Virus record (IMG/VR): IMGVR_UViG_3300032212_000091
Coordinates: 1-35,653 of that record
Strand: one strand, 5' to 3'
Length of the DNA stretch: 35,653 bases
Source of the DNA: a virus
Lineage: Duplodnaviria > Caudoviricetes
The notes beneath the pieces are model-generated. The model made no database searches, was not told where the DNA came from, and worked only from the letters and a program-made list of their open reading frames with translations. The position numbers and the translations under genes were made by a program. Shown here one piece after another: positions 28,525-35,424 of this stretch; the first letter of the stretch is position 1; each line of letters begins with the position of its first letter.

Positions 28525-28894
28525 ACTCTCTTAATATCATTCTCATTTTATACATAACATTTACTCTCATAGTTCCTATTTTAAAAATATCGTGATGAAA
28601 AAATGTTGAGGCCGTAGCGGTACTTTTAAAGTATTCATTATCCCTTAGCCATTTAACAACTACAACTGGGTTTTCTATCTCAAAGTATAAATCTTGCACC
28701 TTGGCTCTAAGCCTATTAGCATACTCGTCGTACTTAATGCAACCTTGCAATAGATCACCTCTTCCTAAGGCTCTTTTGTATCGTGCCTCTTTGGTTTTTG
28801 CTCTTTGAATAGTAGTTAAATAAGTCTTACACTTTCCTAATTTGAATGAATTTTGAGTATTGCCATTTCTTGCAAATTTGCTATCTTTTTTCAT
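28505..28894 (-). CDS. hypothetical protein, paralog of 34015..34407
   Basis: Shared YL.TI...RY...LG.GDL.QG...Y..Y...L....QD.YF. Confidence 0.8.
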   Translation of the reverse strand: MKKDSKFARNGNTQNSFKLGKCKTYLTTIQRAKTKEARYKRALGRGDLLQGCIKYDEYANRLRAKVQDLYFEIENPVVVVKWLRDNEYFKSTATASTFFHHDIFKIGTMRVNVMYKMRMILREFESANK

Positions 28895-29666
28895 AGTTTT
28901 TTATCCTTTCTAGTATCATGTTCATTTTAATTTCACTTATGCCAGTTCCATTTTTGTAAGCAGTTCTTAGTCTTGAAAAAGTAGGGGCATCAAGCCCTAA
29001 AAGTTTACGTGTAAGCGTTTCAGAGTCTATATTATTTCGATCCATAAAGCCTTGTAACTCTCCTAGTGTTTTATCCGCTAAAACTTGGATAGAACTATCT
29101 ACAGTCTTGTTTCGTAAAGGCGTAACAGCTTGTTTCACTTCTTTTTTCTTTGGCTTGGCATCATCCAAAGTAACCCTTTCAGGACGTAACGAAATCATGG
29201 CTTTAATTTGGCCTATCTGAATCAAAACCAACACAAAGCCAAGCAAGAAAATAGTTATCCACTTAGACTTATCAATAGTGAAAGCCTCATCTTTTTGCTT
29301 TCCTATACTCTCTAAACTTGCAAGTGATTTTTGCAAGGTGATAGGCCAGTCCTCTTCTTTTACTTTTTCAATTACAGACATAAGAAGTTTTTCTTTTTTG
29401 TCTACTATCTCTTTTTTAGCCTTAGCCTCGCTGTCATTAATTACCTTATCACCTAAGTGATATAGAGCAAAACAAATAACAAATGCTGAAGTTAAAGGGG
29501 CTAGTACAATATTGCGATTATACCAAAACCACAAGGCAACAACTTCTATTAAGACAGACATTAAAGAGCCAGTAATAGAGTCGCTAAATTTAATCCATGT
29601 GTTAATAGAGTGCCATTGTAATAAAATCATAGATAGTAATACTATCACCCATGCGGTTACTTTCAT
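28881..29666 (-). CDS. multi-TM membrane protein with putative C-terminal HTH
   Basis: About 4 hydrophobic helices; C-terminal ETLTRKLLGLDAPTFSRLR; AGGAGG RBS. Confidence 0.75.
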   Translation of the reverse strand: MKVTAWVIVLLSMILLQWHSINTWIKFSDSITGSLMSVLIEVVALWFWYNRNIVLAPLTSAFVICFALYHLGDKVINDSEAKAKKEIVDKKEKLLMSVIEKVKEEDWPITLQKSLASLESIGKQKDEAFTIDKSKWITIFLLGFVLVLIQIGQIKAMISLRPERVTLDDAKPKKKEVKQAVTPLRNKTVDSSIQVLADKTLGELQGFMDRNNIDSETLTRKLLGLDAPTFSRLRTAYKNGTGISEIKMNMILERIKNYEKR

Positions 29667-29686
29667 TTTTACCTCCTACAGTAAAA

Positions 29687-29830
29687 CTACTTTTGCTTTT
29701 TCTTGTACTCTTCAAGCAGATATTTAACAAGCCCTCTCATGGTGCGGCCACTCTTGACGGCCTCCATTTTAAACTCTTTATGAGTTTCCTTATCTACAAT
29801 AATATAAGCCTCATCTTTGCTCTTAGCCAT
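29687..29830 (-). CDS. ribbon-helix-helix (Arc/CopG-like) regulator (47 aa, not in ORF track)
   Basis: MAKSKDEAYIIVDKETHKEFKMEAVKSGRTMRGLVKYLLEEYKKKQK; AAGGA RBS. Confidence 0.75.
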   Translation of the reverse strand: MAKSKDEAYIIVDKETHKEFKMEAVKSGRTMRGLVKYLLEEYKKKQK

Positions 29831-29858
29831 TCTATTTCCTTTTTTTTGATTTACACTT

Positions 29859-29912
29859 AACATGATAACCTTAATAACCTTTAGGAAACATTAAGCTATT
29901 GTGTATTACAAT
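29859..29912. promoter_or_regulatory. divergent promoter region with operator-like repeat
   Basis: Minus-strand -10 TATCAT; plus-strand TTAAGC...TACAAT; AACCTT-AAT-AACCTTTAG at 29867-29884. Confidence 0.6.
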
Positions 29913-29941
29913 TAGGTATCCAAAAAATTTAGGAGGATATT

Positions 29942-30004
29942 ATGGAGGAAAAAGAAATGACAGCCTCAGAGCTTTTTATGTATTGGTTTGGGGGTAAAAA
30001 GTAA
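29942..30004 (+). CDS. 20-aa peptide (not in ORF track)
   Basis: AGGAGG RBS; MEEKEMTASELFMYWFGGKK; TAATG coupling to next gene. Confidence 0.5.
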   Translation: MEEKEMTASELFMYWFGGKK

Positions 30005-30231
30005 TGGGATATAAAAGACTCGACTATGATGATTTTTATGAAAATAATCTTGATAAAGCTTTAGAGGTTATTTTAGAAAGAAAGATTGATGAGGCCTTGG
30101 AGTTTATTGCTGAAAAATTTGAGGACGAAGTAAATGAGTATATATCAGAGCTTTATGCAGATGTAGAAGCAGATTATGGCGACTACTTACACGATCTCAG
30201 AAGAGATGAAAAATTACTAGGAGATGATTAA
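30004..30231 (+). CDS. small acidic protein
   Basis: 25 of 75 residues are D/E. Confidence 0.7.
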   Translation: MGYKRLDYDDFYENNLDKALEVILERKIDEALEFIAEKFEDEVNEYISELYADVEADYGDYLHDLRRDEKLLGDD

Positions 30232-30842
30232 TGAGTTTATCAAAAATTCAAAGCCGACTAAAGGCAAATAAGTCACAATTTAATAAGTTTGGCAACTACA
30301 ACTATAGGAGCCTAGAAGATATAACAGAGGCTCTTAAGCCTCTTTTAGAAGAGTTTAATGCTCATTTTATTATTAATCACGAGCCGTTTGAGCTTGGAGG
30401 TAGGTTATTTGATAAGGCCACAGCTAAAATTACTTTTGCAGGCGATAAGGATAATAACGATATTTCTCATGAGGCTACAGCTTATGCAGAGATGCTTATA
30501 GGTGCGAAGGGAATGAGCCAGCCGCAACAATCAGGAGCAACGCAAACTTATAGCGGTAAATACGCAACAGCAGGCCTATTCGCTATTGATGACAACAAAG
30601 ATCCTGATAGTTTAGATAATTCAACAAACAACCGACCAACGGGAAGCAAGGCAACAGAGGACGATAAAAAGCGTGCATGGCACGACTTCACAGAACTTTG
30701 CAGTAGCAAGAGTGTAGACCCAGTAAATTTTATAAGCTCTCAGGTAGACATGAGCGACAAAAAAGCAGTACATAACTTAGTTGTGAAGTGGTTAAAAAAC
30801 ACTGACGCACTACTAGGACAGCTAGATAACTTTGAGGGCTAA
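30231..30842 (+). CDS. erf: ERF-family single-strand annealing protein
   Basis: K.QFNKFGNYNYRSLEDI.EALKP, Q.SGA..TY..KY...GLFAIDD.KDPD. Confidence 0.92.
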   Translation: MSLSKIQSRLKANKSQFNKFGNYNYRSLEDITEALKPLLEEFNAHFIINHEPFELGGRLFDKATAKITFAGDKDNNDISHEATAYAEMLIGAKGMSQPQQSGATQTYSGKYATAGLFAIDDNKDPDSLDNSTNNRPTGSKATEDDKKRAWHDFTELCSSKSVDPVNFISSQVDMSDKKAVHNLVVKWLKNTDALLGQLDNFEG

Positions 30843-30844
30843 AT

Positions 30845-31198
30845 ATGGCTCTCAAAACACTCAATCAAAATAATCTTTATCATGCATACGTAAATCAATT
30901 ATACAATCATGGATCTATTAAGATTCAGATAGAAACGAAAGAGTGGGAGGGCGATTTAAAAGAATATGTAACTGGAAGCTATAAGCACTTAAAGAATGTT
31001 GCCGATTTTAAAAGCGTTGCAAGGTATTTGCTAAAAATGATGGATATTGAGTTACCGACACGAAACCCCATAACACAACACAATATGAATAAAAATCATT
31101 TCAATAAAGTAAATAAGGAAGATTTAACCCACCACATTAGCTGGCTAAGAGAGCAACTAATCTACAATAACATAAGGCCATACAATGATTCAGTTTAA
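30845..31198 (+). CDS. hypothetical protein
   Basis: GAGG RBS, operon packing. Confidence 0.65.
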   Translation: MALKTLNQNNLYHAYVNQLYNHGSIKIQIETKEWEGDLKEYVTGSYKHLKNVADFKSVARYLLKMMDIELPTRNPITQHNMNKNHFNKVNKEDLTHHISWLREQLIYNNIRPYNDSV

Positions 31199-31388
31199 TG
31201 AAAATATCACAATGCTAGAAAAGTATAATATAATTCTATCAGAGATATTAAACGAATGCTTGGTGCTTGAACTTAGTATGAGTGAGACAATAAAAGAGTT
31301 AGCAAAGTTTGTGGATCATGGAGATTTTGTTAACCCTTTTGACTTTGTAGAGGCATGGCTCAATAAAGAGCTTTCGCAACGTCAATAA
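31185..31388 (+). CDS. hypothetical protein
   Basis: Overlapping operon ORF. Confidence 0.55.
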   Translation: MIQFNENITMLEKYNIILSEILNECLVLELSMSETIKELAKFVDHGDFVNPFDFVEAWLNKELSQRQ

Positions 31389-31419
31389 GCCGAAAAATTA
31401 ATAGTATGGGAGTACGAAA

Positions 31420-31881
31420 ATGTTCAACAGAAGCGTATTAGTTGGAAACTTAACTAAAGATATAGAGCTCAGATACACAAATGGCGGTACAGCCTTGGCT
31501 AAAACGGCTATTGCAACTACACGTAAGTTTACTTCAAATGGTGAGCGTAAAGAGGAAGTATGTTTTATTGATATTACTTTTTTTGGAAGATCGGCTGAAA
31601 TAGCTAATCAATATCTGAGAAAAGGGAGTAAATGTTTGGTTGAGGGTCGTCTGATGTTTGAACAGTGGACTGATCAATCAGGCCAAAAACGCTCTAAGCA
31701 CTCAGTAACGGTTGAAAATATGGTAATGCTTGACAGCAAGAAAGACTCACAGCAAAACAGCACGAACCAACAGCAACAAAACAACGGACAGTATCAGCCA
31801 CAGGGTGCAGGTCAAGCAAACGCTCAGTATCAACAGCAACAGCAAGAGTTTGATATTGATGAAGATGAAATACCATTTTAG
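31420..31881 (+). CDS. ssb: single-stranded DNA-binding protein
   Basis: OB-fold LVGNLTKDIELRYT, YLRKGS..LVEGRL; Q-rich linker; DEDEIPF tail. Confidence 0.97.
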   Translation: MFNRSVLVGNLTKDIELRYTNGGTALAKTAIATTRKFTSNGERKEEVCFIDITFFGRSAEIANQYLRKGSKCLVEGRLMFEQWTDQSGQKRSKHSVTVENMVMLDSKKDSQQNSTNQQQQNNGQYQPQGAGQANAQYQQQQQEFDIDEDEIPF

Positions 31882-31890
31882 GAGGATATT

Positions 31891-32019
31891 GTGATTTTAT
31901 GGGGAGCCTTAGGGATAGCGGTTTGCATTGCGGTATTTATCACAAAAGATAAAAAAACAGAGATCGAGGGATTGGCTCTTTTGATTCTTATAGACATTTT
32001 TAGTAAAATAGGAGTTTAA
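31891..32019 (+). CDS. small 2-TM peptide (42 aa, not in ORF track)
   Basis: AGGAGG RBS, GTG start. Confidence 0.55.
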   Translation: MILWGALGIAVCIAVFITKDKKTEIEGLALLILIDIFSKIGV

Positions 32020-32023
32020 GGCT

Positions 32024-32242
32024 ATGATTTTATGCGACAACACAAAATGTCACATGAGAGAAATTTGTGGCAGAGCAAATCTCATAACTAACGGCAAAAC
32101 AGAGATACGACATTTTGAGCCTTTAGGTGCTAGTTGCGATCATTTTATAGAGCATCACGACCACAATTATTCAAAAGATGAAATGGACGCTATGCGGCAT
32201 CAAATAGGGGCATACGATAAAAAGACAAAATCTTTATTTTAA
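32024..32242 (+). CDS. small Cys-containing phage protein
   Basis: C....C.....C.R...C..F pattern; AGGAG RBS. Confidence 0.65.
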   Translation: MILCDNTKCHMREICGRANLITNGKTEIRHFEPLGASCDHFIEHHDHNYSKDEMDAMRHQIGAYDKKTKSLF

Positions 32243-32273
32243 ACCTTGACAACCTTTAGTAATATGCTATAAT
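32242..32273 (+). promoter_or_regulatory. strong sigma70 promoter overlapped by operator-like repeat
   Basis: TTGACA-N16-TATAAT with TG; AACCTT-GAC-AACCTTTAG overlaps the -35. Confidence 0.8.
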
Positions 32274-32281
32274 TGTATCAC

Positions 32282-32403
32282 GGCTTATAGCTACGTACCT
32301 TTTCAGCGTATACTAGAGTCTAGTTGATACCTCCTAAGTATGAAAAAAGTTCCTACCTACCTAACCCATGCGGTAGGTATTGGAATAGATCATGCTATAA
32401 GTT
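32282..32403 (+). ncRNA. candidate multi-branched antisense sRNA
   Basis: Begins about 8 nt after TATAAT; closing stem GGCTTATAGC/GCTATAAGTT around four hairpins; two loops complementary to the 5' end of the 28881..29666 mRNA. Confidence 0.7.
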
Positions 32404-32408
32404 AATAT

Positions 32409-32513
32409 ACAAGTTTTATTAATTGCAAGTGAGTTTGGTCGCTTCCTACTTGCAATTAATAAGGTTTGTTTATAACATATAATCAGATAAAAGGAAGCGA
32501 CCAACCTCCTTTA
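32409..32513 (+). promoter_or_regulatory. long hairpin whose loop is complementary to a downstream box (pseudoknot/attenuator)
   Basis: 15-bp perfect stem 32416-30/32448-62; 17-nt loop complementary (16/17) to 32492-32508. Confidence 0.75.
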
Positions 32514-32561
32514 GCGACTATCACCCTTAAATTTTATTATTGTTGGCGAAAGAACCGTAAA

Positions 32562-32729
32562 ATGTCAAAGTTAAGCAAAAAAAGTAAGGTACTGGATAGT
32601 ATTTTGACTTCATACAAAAATAAAGATATTAAAGGCCTTACTTTAATTAGTGATTTGCACCCTAATTATAAACCTACTGCAACTAAATATATTCTAAGAT
32701 TAGAAAAGAGAAATCATGGCAAAGCGTAG
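32562..32729 (+). CDS. small basic protein upstream of replication initiator
   Basis: ATG 32562, overlaps next gene; weak RBS. Confidence 0.5.
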   Translation: MSKLSKKSKVLDSILTSYKNKDIKGLTLISDLHPNYKPTATKYILRLEKRNHGKA

Positions 32730-33486
32730 AATGTTTGCAAAAACGATTATAGACAGCGATAGTTTTCTCGATATGAGTTTATCGACACAGGCTCTTTATT
32801 TTCATTTATCCATGAGAGCAGATGATGAAGGGTTCATTAATAACCCCCGTAAAATATCACGCATGATAGGCTCAAATGAAGATGAGTTAAAGGTGCTTGT
32901 AGCTAAGAAATTTATACTCATTTTTGATAGCGGGGTGATAGTGATTAAGCATTGGAAAATCCATAATTTAATTAGAGCAGATAGAATCTGCGAAACTGTT
33001 TACTTAGATGAGCGTGACCAAGTAGTGACCAATGAAAATGAGTCCTACAGTATGCTACAAGAGGGTTGCAGTCAAATGTCAACCACTTGTCAACCAAATG
33101 TCCGCATAGGTAAGGATAGTATAGGTAAGGATAGTATAGGAGAGGTTAGTAGAGGTAAGGATAGGTTAGTAGAGACTAATGAAGCATTTGAGCAATTTTG
33201 GAAAACATACCCTAAGAAAAAATCTAAGCAAATCGCTAAAAAAGCTTTTGAAAAGCATTTTAAATCTATACCGCCACTAGATTATTTGATAAGCCATCTT
33301 GAAATGATGAAATTAACTAAGGATTGGAAAAAAGAAAACGGACAATATATTCCTTACCCTGCTACATGGCTAAATGCTCACGGTTGGAATGATGAAGTAA
33401 ATCTATCAGATGCAGAGAAGGCCAAAGCGATAATAGACAATAGCGACATGAGCTATAAAGATATTTTAAAAGCAAAAGGATATTAA
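32716..33486 (+). CDS. phage replisome organizer / replication initiator
   Basis: MAKRRMF.K.IIDSD.FLDM..S.QALYFHL.M.ADDEGF; C-terminal FEQFW..YPKK...YIPYPATWLN...W.DE. Confidence 0.9.
   Translation: MAKRRMFAKTIIDSDSFLDMSLSTQALYFHLSMRADDEGFINNPRKISRMIGSNEDELKVLVAKKFILIFDSGVIVIKHWKIHNLIRADRICETVYLDERDQVVTNENESYSMLQEGCSQMSTTCQPNVRIGKDSIGKDSIGEVSRGKDRLVETNEAFEQFWKTYPKKKSKQIAKKAFEKHFKSIPPLDYLISHLEMMKLTKDWKKENGQYIPYPATWLNAHGWNDEVNLSDAEKAKAIIDNSDMSYKDILKAKGY
33071..33175 (+). repeat. iteron-like repeats, putative replication origin
   Basis: TGTCAACCA x2, then 15-bp ATAGGTAAGGATAGT x2 plus 2 degenerate copies, in the linker of the initiator gene. Confidence 0.7.
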
Positions 33487-33487
33487 A

Positions 33488-34018
33488 ATGAATGATCTAA
33501 TCGAAGCAATAAGAATTAAACTAAACATTGCAGATAATATTTTTATCAATGGTGAGATAGAAAGTTATTTAGAAGATATTGCACCAGTTGACTATCAAGA
33601 TTTCTTCAAAGAGTTAAGCGGCGATCAATTTGCATATAAACAAGGCATGGACAGAGTAGCTATTGTAAGTGAGTCATTTAAAGAGCGTAACATAGCCAAA
33701 ATAAGCAAAACTGTTCCATGTAAAGCCAAAGACTTACACGACAGACTTTTTCGTCTTAAAGAGCATCTAGGAGATGAATACAAAGATAAAGACTTTTCAT
33801 GTATAAAGTTTGGTGATGGCAGAATGTTTTCTGATATTGAAATAATCATTTTAGGTAATTTAAATTTAGACCTAATAATGGGTAAGATTTTAAGCCCTTA
33901 TGATACAGACCTTATAGTAAACATGATTAAAGATGCTATGGTTAAATACAATCAAGCCAAAGCAGAGGGTTTAGCGGTATCACTGAACGATAAAAAGCTA
34001 TTAAGTAATAAATCATGA
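33488..34018 (+). CDS. hypothetical protein (helicase-loader position)
   Basis: Follows initiator; AAGGA RBS; no P-loop seen. Confidence 0.65.
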   Translation: MNDLIEAIRIKLNIADNIFINGEIESYLEDIAPVDYQDFFKELSGDQFAYKQGMDRVAIVSESFKERNIAKISKTVPCKAKDLHDRLFRLKEHLGDEYKDKDFSCIKFGDGRMFSDIEIIILGNLNLDLIMGKILSPYDTDLIVNMIKDAMVKYNQAKAEGLAVSLNDKKLLSNKS

Positions 34019-34407
34019 GAGGCACAAGAGAAGCACGAACAAATGGCTACAGCGTTTATTCTATAGCTATAGGCAAACATCATAGCTACTTATCAACCAT
34101 AGCCGCCTCACGTTCTTTGAGATACCGCTACATGATGGTACTAGGCAAAGGAGATCTTATTCAAGGCCACATGAACTATGAGAGATACTCCGATCACTTA
34201 AAAATAGAACTGCAAGATATTTACTTCAAAGGCTCAGATATTAAGTTTTACAACTTCTTAGTTGATAATGGCTTCTTTACTACTAGAAACTCAGCCCTAA
34301 GATTTACAGATGATAATATCTTTAGCACTGAGAAAGTATTATCGGTAACTACGATGAAGAAAGCACGAGCGATTTTAAAGAAGCATAAAGAGATAAAGGA
34401 AAACTAA
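34015..34407 (+). CDS. hypothetical protein, paralog of 28505..28894
   Basis: Full-length similarity by eye. Confidence 0.8.
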   Translation: MRGTREARTNGYSVYSIAIGKHHSYLSTIAASRSLRYRYMMVLGKGDLIQGHMNYERYSDHLKIELQDIYFKGSDIKFYNFLVDNGFFTTRNSALRFTDDNIFSTEKVLSVTTMKKARAILKKHKEIKEN

Positions 34408-34429
34408 AGGTTTTAAAGGTTACAATGTT
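34404..34429 (+). promoter_or_regulatory. promoter/operator of pentapeptide operon
   Basis: CTAAAGGTT-TTA-AAGGTTACAAT; 22/26 identical to the minus strand at 29859-29884. Confidence 0.6.
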
Positions 34430-34457
34430 CTTATCAATTAACTGTAGGAGGTTTGAG

Positions 34458-35033
34458 ATGAAGATAAAAAATAGATTTACCGATGAAGTTATATACGAAG
34501 ATGAAAACGGAACAATGAAAGAGACGTTGTTATCCGCCCTAGAAGGAGGTGCTGACCTTGGAGAGGCTAACCTTAGAGGTGCTTACCTTAGAGGTGCTAA
34601 CCTTAGAGGTGCTGACCTTGGAGAGGCTAACCTTAGAGGTGCTGACCTTGGAGAGGCTGACCTTAGAGGTGCTGACCTTAGAGGTGCTGACCTTGGAGAG
34701 GCTAACCTTGGAGAGGCTGACCTTGGAGGTGCTTACCTTGGAGGTGCTTACCTTAGAGAGGCTGACCTTAGAGGTGCTGACCTTGGAGAGGCTAACCTTA
34801 GAGGTGCTGACCTTAGAGGTGCTGACCTTGGAGAGGCTAAACAATACTATAGCTTCACTGCTTACGACACATCAAAACGTATCGTACATTGTGTTAAACA
34901 CAATAACACTTGGATGATACAAGCGGGGTGCTTTTGGGGAACACTAGAGGAATTAGAAACAAAAGTAAAAGAAACTCACAATAGTAAAGTTTATATTGCT
35001 AATATTGAGCTACTTAAAAGTTTAGAAGATTAA
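34458..35033 (+). CDS. pentapeptide repeat protein
   Basis: 19 A(D/N/Y)Lxx units; C-terminal AGCFWGTLEE domain; AGGAGG RBS. Confidence 0.92.
   Translation: MKIKNRFTDEVIYEDENGTMKETLLSALEGGADLGEANLRGAYLRGANLRGADLGEANLRGADLGEADLRGADLRGADLGEANLGEADLGGAYLGGAYLREADLRGADLGEANLRGADLRGADLGEAKQYYSFTAYDTSKRIVHCVKHNNTWMIQAGCFWGTLEELETKVKETHNSKVYIANIELLKSLED
34548..34838 (+). repeat. 15-bp tandem repeat array
   Basis: (GGT/GAG)GCT(G/A/T)ACCTT(A/G)GA x19. Confidence 0.95.
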
Positions 35034-35109
35034 ATCATGAAAAAGGTAAGCGAACTACTAAACAACTTAGAAAAATGGTGCGAGTCTTTCGCACGAAAGG
35101 TTTTTTAAA

Positions 35110-35424
35110 ATGGATGATGAAACTATAGAATTTTTAGATATTGAGTGTCGCATGGTTATTCAACTAGAGAAAATTAAAATCATTAGCGAAGCTTATAACC
35201 TTTTGGTTAAGCTTGGAAAGAATTATGATTTTTTAAATGATTTGTTAACTGAGGGTGGCGGTCAAATTGATGAGATAATCACAGCCTTTAATATGAGCGA
35301 GTACGATCTAGGTTCACGATGTGAAGAACTCATTAGCGAACATATAAATGGTGAATTCATGACAGCTATTTATGAGGACGGATATTTTAAAACAGGAGGA
35401 TACTTAAATGTACTCCAAAGCTGA
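35110..35424 (+). CDS. hypothetical acidic protein
   Basis: 104-aa ORF with AAGG RBS. Confidence 0.6.
   Translation: MDDETIEFLDIECRMVIQLEKIKIISEAYNLLVKLGKNYDFLNDLLTEGGGQIDEIITAFNMSEYDLGSRCEELISEHINGEFMTAIYEDGYFKTGGYLNVLQS

Noticed and set aside
29171-29189. Third sRNA target (ACCCTTTCAGGACGTA vs sRNA ACCTTTTCAGCGTA)
   Set aside because: The match is imperfect, short and mid-gene, so it is compatible with chance.
29278-29860. Plus-strand ORFs 29278, 29512 and 29651
   Set aside because: They are shadows of the minus-strand membrane and RHH genes, which have good RBSs.
32282-32403. tRNA (5' GGCTTATAGCT resembles a tRNA start)
   Set aside because: No GTTC T-loop, D-loop GG or CCA end; the length and 10-bp closing stem do not fit.
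32340-32405. 21-aa ORF MKKVPTYL... inside the sRNA
   Set aside because: It is preceded by anti-SD CTCCT rather than an RBS.
34539-34917. ORFs 34539..34844 (-) and 34549..34917 (+); also a possible CRISPR array
   Set aside because: These are shadow frames of the 15-bp tandem repeat, and there are no unique spacers.
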